DNA of 63,486 nucleotides, filler included, from Thermodesulfobacteriota bacterium (GCA_036381125.1; 6 parts of 6 records of this genome joined end to end with filler, not necessarily neighbours in it), one strand, 5' to 3'; counted from the whole stretch's first letter, positions 29,842 to 40,034 are shown. Program-made: numbers and translations. The notes: generated from the sequence alone by a model not told the origin.

Positions 29842-30770
29842 TCCGCATCGAGCACCTGGTCAAGACGTACGGCGTGCTTCGCGCCGTCGACGGCCTCTCC
29901 CTCGAGGTCCGCGAGGGGGAGTGCGTGGGCCTCGTCGGGCCGAACGGAGCCGGCAAGTCGACCACCCTCAAGTCGATCGTCGGGCTCGTCCGGCCGACCG
30001 CGGGACGGATCACCGTGGCGGGTCACGACGCCGCGCGAGCGCCGCACGCCGCGCGGGCCGCCCTCGGCTACCTCCCCCAGGGGGTGCAGTTCGCGCCCGG
30101 CTTCACGGCGGCCGAGACCGCCACCCTCTTCGCCCGGGTCCGGGGCCTGGCCGGCGCGCCGGCGCGGGCGCGGGAGGCGCTCGACCGGGTGGGGCTCGCG
30201 GCCGCGGCCGACCGGGACGTGGCCGGCTTCTCGGGAGGGATGCGGCAGCGGCTCGGCCTCGCCGTGGCGCTGCTCGGCGCGCCGGCCACGCTCGTCCTGG
30301 ACGAGCCGACCGTCTCGCTCGACCCCGAGGCGAGCATGGCGATCCGGGACGTCCTGGCGGCGGAACGGGCGGCGGGCCGGACCGTGCTGATCTCGTCGCA
30401 CATCCTCGCGGAGCTCGAGGCGGTCGTCGACCGGGTGGCCGTGGTGCAGGAGGGGCGGCTCCTCGCAGAGGGCCGGCCGGCGGACCTCGCGCGCCGGCTC
30501 GGGCTCGCCGCCCGGCTGCGGATCGACGCCGGCGCGGACGCCCCTCGGGCGGCCGAGGCCGCGCGGGCGGCCGGCGCCGCCGACGTGCGGGTCGAGGGGG
30601 CGTGCGTCGAGTTCAGGGTTGCCGACGGCCGCAAGCTCGCCGTGCTCGACGCGGTCCGCGCCGCGACGCCGGTCCGCGACGTCACGATCGAGCCGGTCCG
30701 GCTCGAGGACGTGTACCGGCGCCTCCTCTCGGAGGCGAGCCGGTCGGAGGGGGCAAGCCATGCGGCGTGA
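29838..30770 (+). CDS. nosF: ABC transporter ATPase NosF
   Basis: GPNGAGKST, FSGGMRQR, LDEPT; position in the nos cluster. Confidence 0.88.
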   Translation: MIRIEHLVKTYGVLRAVDGLSLEVREGECVGLVGPNGAGKSTTLKSIVGLVRPTAGRITVAGHDAARAPHAARAALGYLPQGVQFAPGFTAAETATLFARVRGLAGAPARAREALDRVGLAAAADRDVAGFSGGMRQRLGLAVALLGAPATLVLDEPTVSLDPEASMAIRDVLAAERAAGRTVLISSHILAELEAVVDRVAVVQEGRLLAEGRPADLARRLGLAARLRIDAGADAPRAAEAARAAGAADVRVEGACVEFRVADGRKLAVLDAVRAATPVRDVTIEPVRLEDVYRRLLSEASRSEGASHAA

Positions 30771-31290
30771 CGGCATGACACGGAGGCGTCTCTTCGCCGC
30801 GGCCGCCGGCCTCGTGGCCGGCTGCGCGGCCGCGGCGAGGGAGCCGCGGGCGATCCTGGTCGGCGCGGAGTCGTGCGCCTTCTGCCGCATGACGATCCTC
30901 GACGAGCGGGTCGCGGCCGAGTACCTGGTCGACGGCAGGGTCGTCGTGTTCGACGACGCCGGCTGCCTGCGCGACTGGGTGCTGGCCCGCGGCGCCGGCG
31001 CGGCAGGCGCCGCCTGGCTGCGCGACTACGCGGGGGAGGGATGGGTCCGGGCCGAGTCGGCCGTCCTCGTCGCCGGGGCGGTCGCGACGCCGATGTCGAC
31101 GAACGTCGTGGCCTTCGCCTCCGGCGCCGCCGCGGACGCGCTCGTCGGGGAGCGGGGCGGCCGGCGGATCGCGCTCGCCGAGCTGCTCGGTCCGGGGGCC
31201 GCGGCCGGGCGCCGTTACGCGCTCGCGGACGAGCCGTCGGTCGCGCCGGGGCAGGGGCGGGCCGGGCACGGCGGAGGCGGCCATGAGTGA
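30760..31290 (+). CDS. nosL: Copper chaperone lipoprotein NosL
   Basis: LVAGC lipobox; CAFCRMTI, FDDAGC, TPMS..VAF. Confidence 0.88.
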   Translation: MRRDGMTRRRLFAAAAGLVAGCAAAAREPRAILVGAESCAFCRMTILDERVAAEYLVDGRVVVFDDAGCLRDWVLARGAGAAGAAWLRDYAGEGWVRAESAVLVAGAVATPMSTNVVAFASGAAADALVGERGGRRIALAELLGPGAAAGRRYALADEPSVAPGQGRAGHGGGGHE

Positions 31291-31449
31291 GGCGATGCGG
31301 TCGGCGGCCATCGGTCGAGCGCTCGCGGCGTCGCGAGGGCCCGGCGCGTCGTCGCCGCGCGCGGCCGAGGCGACTCGCGCGGCGCCCCGGGCGCCGGGGC
31401 GCAATTATCGTTAAAACCTTTTAAACCATCGCCGGCCGCGTTATTCTGC

Positions 31450-31549
31450 NNNNNNNNNNNNNNNNNNNNNNNNNNNNNNNNNNNNNNNNNNNNTTAATTA
31501 ATTAANNNNNNNNNNNNNNNNNNNNNNNNNNNNNNNNNNNNNNNNNNNN
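31450..31549. other. Artificial contig spacer
   Basis: N run with TTAATTAATTAA. Confidence 0.99.
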
Positions 31550-31588
31550 GCTATACCACGATCCGCAGGCCTTTCGGGGGGTGCCTTC

Positions 31589-32080
31589 TCAGGCCTTGGT
31601 CTCGCCGCCGCCCCTGGGGGCGGCGCTTCCGGCAGGCGGCTTGCCGCCGCCCTTCGAGCCGGGGCGCGCTCCGCCCTCGGCCCGCGGGCCGCCGCCCGTC
31701 CGGCCGGGGCCGCCGGAGCGACCCGGTCCACCCGGACGGCCGGCTCCGCCCGGCCGCGGGCCGCGCGCCCCGCCCGCCTCCGACGGCCTGGGGGGCGCGA
31801 TGGGGACGACCGGCTTCACCTTCGGGATCACCTGGCGCGCCGCCGGAATCGGCGCCGGGGCCGGCTTCTTCTCGACCGGCTTGACGTTCCTGTACTTCGC
31901 CGTGAAGCGCTCGACCCGCCCGGCCGCGTCGACGATCTTCTGCTTCCCCGTGAAGAAGGGGTGGCAGTTCGAGCAGATCTCGACCGTGATGCCCGGCTTG
32001 GTCGACCGCGTCTCGATCACGTTGCCGCAGGCGCAGGTGATCGACACCGGCTCGTACCTGGGATGGATACCGCTCTTCAT
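31589..32080 (-). CDS. rpmE: 50S ribosomal protein L31 (Zn-binding type) with long C-terminal extension
   Basis: [14 protein letters not shown]...[26 protein letters not shown]. Confidence 0.95.
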   Translation of the reverse strand: MKSGIHPRYEPVSITCACGNVIETRSTKPGITVEICSNCHPFFTGKQKIVDAAGRVERFTAKYRNVKPVEKKPAPAPIPAARQVIPKVKPVVPIAPPRPSEAGGARGPRPGGAGRPGGPGRSGGPGRTGGGPRAEGGARPGSKGGGKPPAGSAAPRGGGETKA

Positions 32081-32317
32081 GAAGTCTCCATTATCGGCTC
32101 GGCGCCGCCCTCCGCTCCGGGCCGGCGAAGCTCGCGGCCGCCGCTTCGTCACCGGCTCGCGGCCGCGGCCGCGGCGCCCCGGGGTGAACCCGGGCTCCGC
32201 TCTCCGGCGACCCGGCGGGACGCCTCGGGGTGTGCCGAAAACCCCTTAGTTTAGCGCGGACGGCACGGCCTCGCCACCTGCCGGACCGCCCCGCGGCCGG
32301 CGGAAGCTCGTCCGGCG

Positions 32318-33565
32318 CTACTTGTTCATGCTGTCGAAGAACTCGCGGTTCGACTTGGTGCCCTGCATCTTGTCGAGGAGGAACTCCATGGCCTCGACCG
32401 GGTTCATGGGCGAGAGGACCTTGCGCAGGATCCAGACCCGGTTCAGGTCCTCGCGCGGCAGGAGCAGCTCCTCCTTCCGGGTGCCCGAGCGCGCGATGTC
32501 GATGGCCGGGAAGACCCGCTTGTCGACCAGCCGGCGGTCGAGGTGGATCTCCATGTTGCCGGTCCCCTTGAACTCCTCGAAGATGACCTCGTCCATCCGG
32601 CTGCCGGTGTCGACGAGCGCGGTCGCGATGATGGTGAGCGAGCCGCCCTCCTCGATGTTGCGCGCCGCGCCGAAGAAGCGCTTGGGCCGGTGCAGCGCGT
32701 TCGAGTCGACGCCGCCGGAGAGGATCTTGCCCGACGGCGGCACGACCGTGTTGTAGGCGCGCGCGAGCCGGGTGATCGAGTCGAGGAGGATGACCACGTC
32801 GCGCTTGTGCTCGACGAGGCGCTTGGCCTTCTCGATGACCATCTCGGCCACCTGGACGTGGCGAGTCGCCGGCTCGTCGAAGGTGGACGAGATGACCTCG
32901 CCCTTCACCGACCTGAGCATGTCGGTCACCTCCTCGGGCCGCTCGTCGATGAGCAGCACGATGAGGAAGACCTCCGGGTGGTTGGCGGTGATGCCGTGGG
33001 CGATGTTCTGCAGCAGCATCGTCTTGCCGGTGCGGGGCGGGGCCACGATGAGGCCGCGCTGCCCCTTGCCGATGGGCGTCAGCATGTCGACGACGCGGCT
33101 CGAGTAGTTGTCGGGGACGGTCTCGAGCTTGAGCTGCTCCTGCGGGTAGAGCGGCGTGAGGTTGTCGAACAGGACCTTGTCGCGGGCGACCTCGGGCTCC
33201 TCGTAGTTGACCTTGTCGACCTTGAGGAGCGCGAAGTAGCGCTCGCTGTCCTTCGGCGGCCGGATCTGCCCGGAGACGGTGTCGCCGGTCCTCAGGTTGA
33301 ACCGGCGGATCTGCGACGGTGAAACATAGATGTCATCGGGGCCGGGAAGGTAGTTGTAGTCGGGTGCGCGCAGGAAGCCGAAGCCGTCGGGAAGGGTCTC
33401 GAGAACGCCTTCGCCGAAGACCATGCCGTTCTTCTCGGTCTGGGCCTGCAGCAGGGCGAAGATGAGCTCCTGCTTGCGCATGCCCGCGGCGCCCTCGATG
33501 TTGAACTGCTTCCCGATGGCGACGAGGTCGTTGATCTTCTTGTCCTTCAGTTCCTTGAGATTCAT
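32318..33565 (-). CDS. rho: Transcription termination factor Rho
   Basis: [55 protein letters not shown]. Confidence 0.99.
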   Translation of the reverse strand: MNLKELKDKKINDLVAIGKQFNIEGAAGMRKQELIFALLQAQTEKNGMVFGEGVLETLPDGFGFLRAPDYNYLPGPDDIYVSPSQIRRFNLRTGDTVSGQIRPPKDSERYFALLKVDKVNYEEPEVARDKVLFDNLTPLYPQEQLKLETVPDNYSSRVVDMLTPIGKGQRGLIVAPPRTGKTMLLQNIAHGITANHPEVFLIVLLIDERPEEVTDMLRSVKGEVISSTFDEPATRHVQVAEMVIEKAKRLVEHKRDVVILLDSITRLARAYNTVVPPSGKILSGGVDSNALHRPKRFFGAARNIEEGGSLTIIATALVDTGSRMDEVIFEEFKGTGNMEIHLDRRLVDKRVFPAIDIARSGTRKEELLLPREDLNRVWILRKVLSPMNPVEAMEFLLDKMQGTKSNREFFDSMNK

Positions 33566-33908
33566 CTACGCTCCTCAAGCGTCCCTCTACTGGCCGGCCA
33601 GCGCGTTCCCTCGGCTTCGGCGGGGGTGCGGCCGGCGCCGCGCGGCGCTTCGATCGCCTCGCGACTGCCCCGGGACTCCGGGGCGCCTCCCCAGGCTCGC
33701 CTCGTCGCGATCGACGCAGGTGGGCCCTGCCGGGGGCGGTATGTATACGTGTCCAGGGGGCCGATCGGCTATCTCGTCTGCTTAAAAGACCGGTGCTCCG
33801 GAGGCTCGGTGTGCGCCGCCAGACCTCGACAGACCAGGGCCGCACGCGGAGCCGGGGTTATACGGTGAAGGCGAAAGGCAAGCCGGCCGGGGGGTAAGAC
33901 TGAACCTA

Positions 33909-33937
33909 ACTGTAGGCGGCCCCCTTCGCCCTGTCAA
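33909..33937 (-). promoter_or_regulatory. Sigma70 promoter for rho
   Basis: Reverse strand TTGACA-N17-TACAGT overlapping the coaE stop codon. Confidence 0.7.
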
Positions 33938-34605
33938 TCCCTTTTTGCTCGGACCGCCCTCGCTCTCGCCCGCTCTCGCAGCGCCTCCGCCAGCGCCGCG
34001 ACCTGCCGGCGGGTCGACTCGAGGCTACCGCCGTTGTCGATCTCGTAGTCGGCCAGGGCGCGCTTGCGCTCGAGCGGCCACTGCGCCGCCACCCGGGCCT
34101 CGGCCTCGGCCCGTGAGAGGCCTCGCCTGCCGACGAGCCGCTCGATCTGCGTCTCCCGGGGGGCGGCCACCAGGACGACGGCGTCCATCCACCGGGCGTT
34201 GCCGGACTCGAGGAGGAGCGCTGCGTCGACCACGGCGACGCCGCCGGGGTCCCGGCGGGCGATCTCGGCCAGCCGGGCCCGCTCGGCCTCGAAGACCCGC
34301 GGGTGGACGATCGCCTCGAGCCGCGCGCGGGCCGCCGGGTCGGCGAAGACGATGGCTCCGAGGCGGGCCCGATCGAGCCGCCCGTCCGGCGCCACGACCT
34401 CGGGGCCGAACGCCGCGACCACCTCCGCGAAGGCCGGCCGACCCGGTTCGACCACCTCCCGGGCCAGGCGATCGGCGTCGATCACCGGGATCCCCAGCGC
34501 CTCGAGCATGGCCGACACGGTGCTCTTCCCGCTCGCGATCCCGCCGGTGAGGCCCACCACGAGGAGGTCGAACCCGTGCCCCCCCTGTGCCCGTGCGTCG
34601 TTCAT
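33934..34605 (-). CDS. coaE: Dephospho-CoA kinase
   Basis: VGLTGGIASGKSTV, IDADRLAREVV, LEAIVHP, IDNGG. Confidence 0.95.
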   Translation of the reverse strand: MNDARAQGGHGFDLLVVGLTGGIASGKSTVSAMLEALGIPVIDADRLAREVVEPGRPAFAEVVAAFGPEVVAPDGRLDRARLGAIVFADPAARARLEAIVHPRVFEAERARLAEIARRDPGGVAVVDAALLLESGNARWMDAVVLVAAPRETQIERLVGRRGLSRAEAEARVAAQWPLERKRALADYEIDNGGSLESTRRQVAALAEALRERARARAVRAKRD

Positions 34606-34799
34606 CGGGCGCCGTCTCCACACGCTCGAGTGCCGGGGCCGCCGGGCGGGCCACCGCCGCCCGGCGGGGCCCCTGCCTCCGGCGCGACCTCACGCCGCGC
34701 CGTGAGTCGCCCTCCCTCGCCGGGCGCCCACGGCGCGCCCGTCGGCCAGCCTGCGAGCGACGGGCGCGTCGCTGCTGCCTGCCCGATCCGCCGCCCGCG

Positions 34800-35612
34800 T
34801 CATCGCTCCGTTGCCTCGGGAAGCCAGATGACGCCCGCCTGGCGCCCGGTCCGGGCGCCGTCGCGCCGGTGCGAGAAGAACAGGTCGCCCCGGCAGGCCG
34901 TGCAGAGGCCAGCCGCCTCGATGCCGTCCGGGAGCAGGCCGGCCGCCTCGAGCCGCCGGCGGACCGCCGCGACCAGATCGAGGCGCCACCGTGGCCGTCC
35001 CTCGCGGGCCGCCGAGGGGGTCGCCACGGGAGGCGCGAACGGCAGCCCCGCCTCGGCGAAGCGCTCGGCCACCGGCGCATCGACCTCGTAGCAGCAGGGA
35101 CCGATGCAGGGCCCGATGGCCGCCCGCAACGCGCCCGGCCGGCTGCCGTAGGCGCGGGCGAGCGCACGCACGGCGGCGCCGGGCGCATCCGCGACCACCC
35201 CGCGCCAGCCGGCGTGCACCGCGCCGACGGCCGGCCGCGCCGGATCGACCAGCAGGACCGGCACGCAGTCTGCCGCGAGCACGAGGAGGACCACCCCCGG
35301 CCGGTCGGTCACCGCGGCGTCGTACTCGCCGATGGGACCGGACGCCGGCTCCGTCCCGTCCACCACCGCCACCTCGGCCCCGTGCACCTGCCGCAGGCGG
35401 GCGACGCGCTCGTACGCGAAGCCGAGCGCCGCGGCGAGGCGGCGGCCGTTGGCCGCCACGCGCGCCGGGTCGTCGCCGCTGCCGGCGCCGAGGTTGAGGC
35501 TCGCGTAGGGCGGCGGGCTCACCCCTCCGGCGCGCGCCGTGAACGCGGCCTCGGCCGGACCCAGGTGCGGACGGAGGACGACCAGGTCGTTCACCGTCTC
35601 AACGGGCGGCAT
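34800..35612 (-). CDS. pgeF: Peptidoglycan editing factor / YfiH-family purine nucleoside enzyme (start 35612 or 35594)
   Basis: GGVSPPPYASLNLG, QVHG, ADCVPVLL, HAGWRG, GPCIGPCCYEV, FFSHRR. Confidence 0.93.
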   Translation of the reverse strand: MPPVETVNDLVVLRPHLGPAEAAFTARAGGVSPPPYASLNLGAGSGDDPARVAANGRRLAAALGFAYERVARLRQVHGAEVAVVDGTEPASGPIGEYDAAVTDRPGVVLLVLAADCVPVLLVDPARPAVGAVHAGWRGVVADAPGAAVRALARAYGSRPGALRAAIGPCIGPCCYEVDAPVAERFAEAGLPFAPPVATPSAAREGRPRWRLDLVAAVRRRLEAAGLLPDGIEAAGLCTACRGDLFFSHRRDGARTGRQAGVIWLPEATER

Positions 35613-36552
35613 CCAGCGCGGCCAGGACGCCGGCCAGGTCGGCCGGGAGCGGGGACGTGAAGCGCATCGCCTCCCCGGTCCTCGGATGCGGGAACCCGAG
35701 CACCCCCGCGTGCAGGAACTGCCGCGAGAGCCCGGCAATCGCCCGGCGAGCGGCTTCGGGCAGGGCCGCCGGCGGCGGCCGGCGGCCGCCGTAGGTGCGA
35801 TCGCCCACGATCGGGTGCCCTCGCTCGGACAGGTGGACCCGGATCTGATGGGTGCGGCCCGTCTCGAGGCGAACGGCCAGCAGCGCCAGCGGTCCCGGGA
35901 AGGTCCGGACGACCTCGTAGTGGGTGACCGCGCGGCGGCCCCGCCGCGCGCGCGAGGACATGCGCCGCCGGTCGGTCGGGTGCCGGCCGATGGCCGATTC
36001 GATGCGGCCGCGCCCTCCGGCCGGCACGCCGTGCACGAGCGCGGTGTAGACGCGCTCGACGTCGTGCGCCTTGAAGCGGGCGGCCAGCGCCTCGCGCGCC
36101 TCGGCCGTCCTGGTCACGACGAGGAGCCCCGAGGTGTCCTTGTCGAGGCGGTGGACGATCCCCGGCCGGAGCGGGTCGCCCGCGTCGTCCAGGGCGCCGG
36201 CGTGGTGCAGGATCGCGTTCACGAGGGTCCCCCCCGGATGACCGGCCGCCGGATGGACGACCAGGCCGGCCGGCTTGTCGACGACGAGCAGGTCCTCGTC
36301 CTCGTAGACGACGGAGAGCGGGATCGCTTCGGCACGCGCCTCCATCGGGGCGGGAGGCGGGACCGACACCGAGAGGCGGTCGCCCGCCCTGACGCGCTGG
36401 CCGGGCTTGGCCGCGGGCTTCCCGTTGACGGTGACCCGGCCGTCGTCGATCAGCCGGCCGATCTGCGCGCGGGGCAGTCCGAGGTCGGCCCGGACGAGCA
36501 CGTGGTCGAGCCGGCCCCCGCCGCCTTCCGGAACGATCAGCTCGTGAACCAA
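35599..36552 (-). CDS. rluD: RluA-family 23S rRNA pseudouridine synthase
   Basis: S4 domain, KPAGLVVHP, GIVHRLDKDTSG, LETGRTHQIRVH; TTG start inferred. Confidence 0.92.
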   Translation of the reverse strand: MVHELIVPEGGGGRLDHVLVRADLGLPRAQIGRLIDDGRVTVNGKPAAKPGQRVRAGDRLSVSVPPPAPMEARAEAIPLSVVYEDEDLLVVDKPAGLVVHPAAGHPGGTLVNAILHHAGALDDAGDPLRPGIVHRLDKDTSGLLVVTRTAEAREALAARFKAHDVERVYTALVHGVPAGGRGRIESAIGRHPTDRRRMSSRARRGRRAVTHYEVVRTFPGPLALLAVRLETGRTHQIRVHLSERGHPIVGDRTYGGRRPPPAALPEAARRAIAGLSRQFLHAGVLGFPHPRTGEAMRFTSPLPADLAGVLAALDAAR

Positions 36553-36557
36553 CCCAC

Positions 36558-37247
36558 CTATCGCTCCGCCTTGATCTCGTGATAGAGGGCGTAGAGCTTG
36601 ACGTACTCGGCGCTCACCCGCTCCGGGTCGAGCCCGATGCACTTCGCGTACGCCTTGAGGAAGCCGCGGAGGTAGGCGGGAACCGGAAGCTGGCGGAAGT
36701 TCTCCTCCTCGATGAACTGCAGGTACGTCAGGTTCACCTTGGTCGTCTGCGCGATGTCGCGGAGGCTGATCCCCTGCTGCTCGCGGATCTTGCGCAGGAG
36801 GGCGCCGGTGACGACCGCCCCCTCGGGAAGGGTCGGCCGCTCGGCCGCCCCCGCGCCCGCCCGCCCGGCGCCCGGCGCCCGGCCGGCCTCGGACCGTGCC
36901 GGCGCCTCCGGCGGGGTCGAGGGCCTGGCCACCGGCCTCACCGGCACGGCCGGGGGGGCCGGGGGCTTGAGGAGGGTCGAGACCGGCCGCCCCTGCGGCC
37001 GCGCCGGCGGGATGCCGATCGACTCGTCGTAGCGGGCGCGCGCCTCCTCGTTCATGAGGGTCCGGTAGGCCTCCTCGATCCGCTGCTGCATCTCGCGGCA
37101 CTCGTCGGCGCTGAAGAGCGAGTAGACCGCCAGCGAGTTCGCGGCGAACGCGGCCCGGCTCTTGTTGTACGCGACCTGGATCTCCTCGCGCGTGGCGGTC
37201 GGCGCCACCTCGAGGAGGTCGTAGTAGGTGGGCTCGCGGGCGCTCAC
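36558..37247 (-). CDS. J-domain-like + RodZ-type HTH protein
   Basis: YYDLLEV...IEEAYRTL...RARYD; Pro/Ala linker; GALLRKIREQQGISL...YLRGFLKAYAKCIGLD. Confidence 0.82.
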   Translation of the reverse strand: MSAREPTYYDLLEVAPTATREEIQVAYNKSRAAFAANSLAVYSLFSADECREMQQRIEEAYRTLMNEEARARYDESIGIPPARPQGRPVSTLLKPPAPPAVPVRPVARPSTPPEAPARSEAGRAPGAGRAGAGAAERPTLPEGAVVTGALLRKIREQQGISLRDIAQTTKVNLTYLQFIEEENFRQLPVPAYLRGFLKAYAKCIGLDPERVSAEYVKLYALYHEIKAER

Positions 37248-37250
37248 CGA

Positions 37251-38417
37251 TCAGGCTCCTTGCAGGAGTCGGGCCGCGATCCGCTCCACCGATCTGGCCG
37301 ACACCGATCCGGGGTGCCTGAGGAGGAGCGGCTCGCGCCGGCGGACCGACTGCCAGACGACGTCGTCGTAGTCGATGGCGCCGAGGTACTCGACCTCGAT
37401 GCCGAAGTACTTCCGGCAGGCGGTGCGCATGTGCTCGCCGATCTCGACGTCCGCGCGCGTGCGCGCCTGGTTCATGATGATCTTCGGGCGGAACTCGCCG
37501 ATCTGCCGCTGGATGACTTCGCCGATCTGCGTGTCCATCTGCATGATGCGGGTCAAGAGGTCGTTGGGCGTCCGGATGCCGAGCGCGTTCTTCTGGTCCA
37601 TGGCCGACTCGATGAGCCGCTTGACCTGCGCGTTGGCCACGACGCGGCGCAGGCGGCGGTAGAACGCGCTCTTGATGAACCGGTAGCAGTTCTCGATGGA
37701 GGTCGGCTCGGGGACGGCAACGACGATCCCCTTCTGGGCGAGGAGGAAGAAGTCGAGGGTATTGTACGTGGTCCCGGCCCCCAGGTCGAGGATGACCACG
37801 TCGGCGTCCAGCTCGGCGATGCGGCGCAGGAGCATCGTCTTCTGCACGAAGTTGAGGTTCGCCGCCGAGAGGAAGTCGTGCGCCCCGCTGATGAGCGAGA
37901 GGTTCGGTACGCCGGTCCGGATCAGGATGTCCTCGATGCCGCGGACGCGGCGGGACACGAAGTCGGTGAGCGTGACCTTCGGCTCCGGGATGCCCAGGCA
38001 GGTGTGGAGGTTCGCGCCGCCGAGGTCGGCGTCGACCAGGACCACCCGGCGCCCCGCGCGCGCGAGCGAGATGCCGAGGTTGCTCGTGATGAGGCTCTTG
38101 CCGATGCCCCCCTTGCCGCCGCCGACGGCCCAGATCTCCCGGGTGTCGCGCGTCGGCTCGCGCCGCCGGCCGGACGCGTTCGCCTGCGGCAGCTCGATCG
38201 TCGGCGCCGCCGCCGCTCGCGCGCCGCCGCCCGGCGCCGCCGGCGAGGCGGACGCCTCGGCCACGCCGCCCCCCTCCCCGTCCACATCGGGCTCCACCGC
38301 GTCGAGGCCGTGGGCGTACGGCGCGGAACGATGCGGGCTGGCCGGGACGCGCCCCCAGGCCGCGGCACCGTCGGCGCGGGGCGTGCTGGGCTTGAGGAAC
38401 CGGCGCAAGAAGCTCAC
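37251..38417 (-). CDS. MinD/FlhG-like P-loop ATPase
   Basis: GGGKGGIGKS, DADLGGANLH, DLGAGT, PEPTSIEN; GTG start inferred. Confidence 0.85.
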   Translation of the reverse strand: MSFLRRFLKPSTPRADGAAAWGRVPASPHRSAPYAHGLDAVEPDVDGEGGGVAEASASPAAPGGGARAAAAPTIELPQANASGRRREPTRDTREIWAVGGGKGGIGKSLITSNLGISLARAGRRVVLVDADLGGANLHTCLGIPEPKVTLTDFVSRRVRGIEDILIRTGVPNLSLISGAHDFLSAANLNFVQKTMLLRRIAELDADVVILDLGAGTTYNTLDFFLLAQKGIVVAVPEPTSIENCYRFIKSAFYRRLRRVVANAQVKRLIESAMDQKNALGIRTPNDLLTRIMQMDTQIGEVIQRQIGEFRPKIIMNQARTRADVEIGEHMRTACRKYFGIEVEYLGAIDYDDVVWQSVRRREPLLLRHPGSVSARSVERIAARLLQGA

Positions 38418-38691
38418 TGACCGTCCGGGCGCGCGGCCCGCTCGTGGCACGTGAAGCACGACACATCGCGGCTTCGCGCCCGAGAGGGACGCGGCGGTTC
38501 GAGTGACGAGACGAGTCGGTCCGTTGTTATCGAGCGAGCACCCGAAAGTCAAGGATAAAACGGGGACTTCGACACGCCGATCGGCCGCGCGCCGCCGCGG
38601 CCGCCCTCGCGCGGCGCGGCCGCGCGCGCCGCGACGCGCCCGCCGTACACGTTTGAAATCGTCGGGCCCCGGGACCTGAACACCCGGGCGC

Positions 38692-38845
38692 TCAGTCGCG
38701 CGCCGCGAGCCGGCCCGCGTCGGCGAACGAGTGGTAGCGGGCGTCACCGACGATGACGTGGTCGAGGACCCGGATGCCGAGGAGGTCGCCGACCGCGACG
38801 AGGCGGCGCGTGAGGTCGACGTCCTCCCGGGAGGGCGTCGGGTCG
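38692..38845 (-). CDS. radC: RadC/JAB domain protein, C-terminal end (5' truncated)
   Basis: DPTPSREDVDLTRRL...LLGIRVLDHVIVG..YHSF. Confidence 0.9.
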
Positions 38846-38945
38846 NNNNNNNNNNNNNNNNNNNNNNNNNNNNNNNNNNNNNNNNNNNNTTAATTAATTA
38901 ANNNNNNNNNNNNNNNNNNNNNNNNNNNNNNNNNNNNNNNNNNNN
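38846..38945. other. Artificial contig spacer
   Basis: N run with TTAATTAATTAA. Confidence 0.99.
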
Positions 38946-39182
38946 GTGAAGGTCAGCGGCACGGGAACGAAGTCGAGCACCGGCCTGGTGGAGATCGTCC
39001 TTCGGTTCGAGGTCCTTCCTCCCTTCGCGCCCAACCTGAGGTGGGAGTCCTTCGCCGGCCTGGCGCGGAGGGACACCTTCCCGCTCGCCTGGGAGACGGC
39101 CGACGTCTCCAACGCGACTTTCGACGGCGCGTGCCTTATCGAGCAGCCGCAGCCCGCCGTCACGTTCACCATCACCCCGTAG
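38946..39182 (+). CDS. Hypothetical protein, C-terminal end (5' truncated)
   Basis: Open frame from contig edge with protein-like composition; no recognised motif. Confidence 0.5.
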   Translation: MKVSGTGTKSSTGLVEIVLRFEVLPPFAPNLRWESFAGLARRDTFPLAWETADVSNATFDGACLIEQPQPAVTFTITP

Positions 39183-39768
39183 GCGCCGTCCGCTCGATCC
39201 ACTCCACGGTCCGGAGGATGCGGCGCACCGTCCGCGCCGCATCCCGCGGCCGCACGGACGACCCCGCCTGCGCCTGGAAGCTGTAGAGACGCCCCTCGCG
39301 AGCCGCCGCCGCGACCACCGAGACGGGTAGCGCGTCGCGCCGGTCCTCGAAGACCTGCAACACCCCGCGAACGCCGCCGACGCGGAGGCTCGTCTCCACG
39401 TGGAGGCGCCGCCCCTGGCGAGCGGCGGCACGCAGTCCCGCGGCCCACGCCTCGAGCGCGGCCCGCTCGGTCGTCTGGTCCCCATCCGTCCGCCGCATCT
39501 CCGGCGGGATCGCGAAGGAGCGCACCGCGAGGACGATCCCCCTGTCGGGACGGCCGGCGGAGAAGTCGGCATCGGCGTAGCCGAGCGAGGTGACCGTCCA
39601 GTCCGGCGGAAGGCGGAAGCGGAGCCCTTCGGCCTCGAGCGCGACCGTCCGCCAGAGCCGGGCCGCGGCGGCGGCGCGCCACCAGGAGACGCCGCCGAGG
39701 ACGAGGGCGGCCAGCACGGCGAGCGCGACGACGTCGCGGACGAGGGCCTGTCGAGACGGCACGGGCAT
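39172..39768 (-). CDS. Hypothetical membrane-anchored exported protein
   Basis: N-terminal TM helix; FRLPPDW motif reminiscent of PsbP-like folds; AGGA RBS. Confidence 0.55.
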   Translation of the reverse strand: MPVPSRQALVRDVVALAVLAALVLGGVSWWRAAAAARLWRTVALEAEGLRFRLPPDWTVTSLGYADADFSAGRPDRGIVLAVRSFAIPPEMRRTDGDQTTERAALEAWAAGLRAAARQGRRLHVETSLRVGGVRGVLQVFEDRRDALPVSVVAAAAREGRLYSFQAQAGSSVRPRDAARTVRRILRTVEWIERTAPTG

Positions 39769-39860
39769 GGCGGGCCATCCTAGCAGAGCCGCCGCGGCGC
39801 GGAGCGCTCCCGCGGAGACGGGCCCGGAGCCCCGGGGAGGCGGACCCGACCGACGGATGC

Positions 39861-39889
39861 TTGACTCCGATCACCGCCTCTGGTAGACC
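39861..39889 (+). promoter_or_regulatory. Putative sigma70 promoter for MCP gene
   Basis: TTGACT-N17-TAGACC with extended TG. Confidence 0.4.
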
Positions 39890-40034
39890 GCCGCGTCCGG
39901 ACGGCCGGGAGGACCGCCCTTCCGCACGCCGTCCGCCGTCTCCATGTGCGCGGAGGCCTCGAGCTGCCCATGTCGGGCGTGAGTCCCATCGTCTCCGGAA
40001 CCGGATCGATCGCCGCCGAGCCGGGAGCCCGCCG

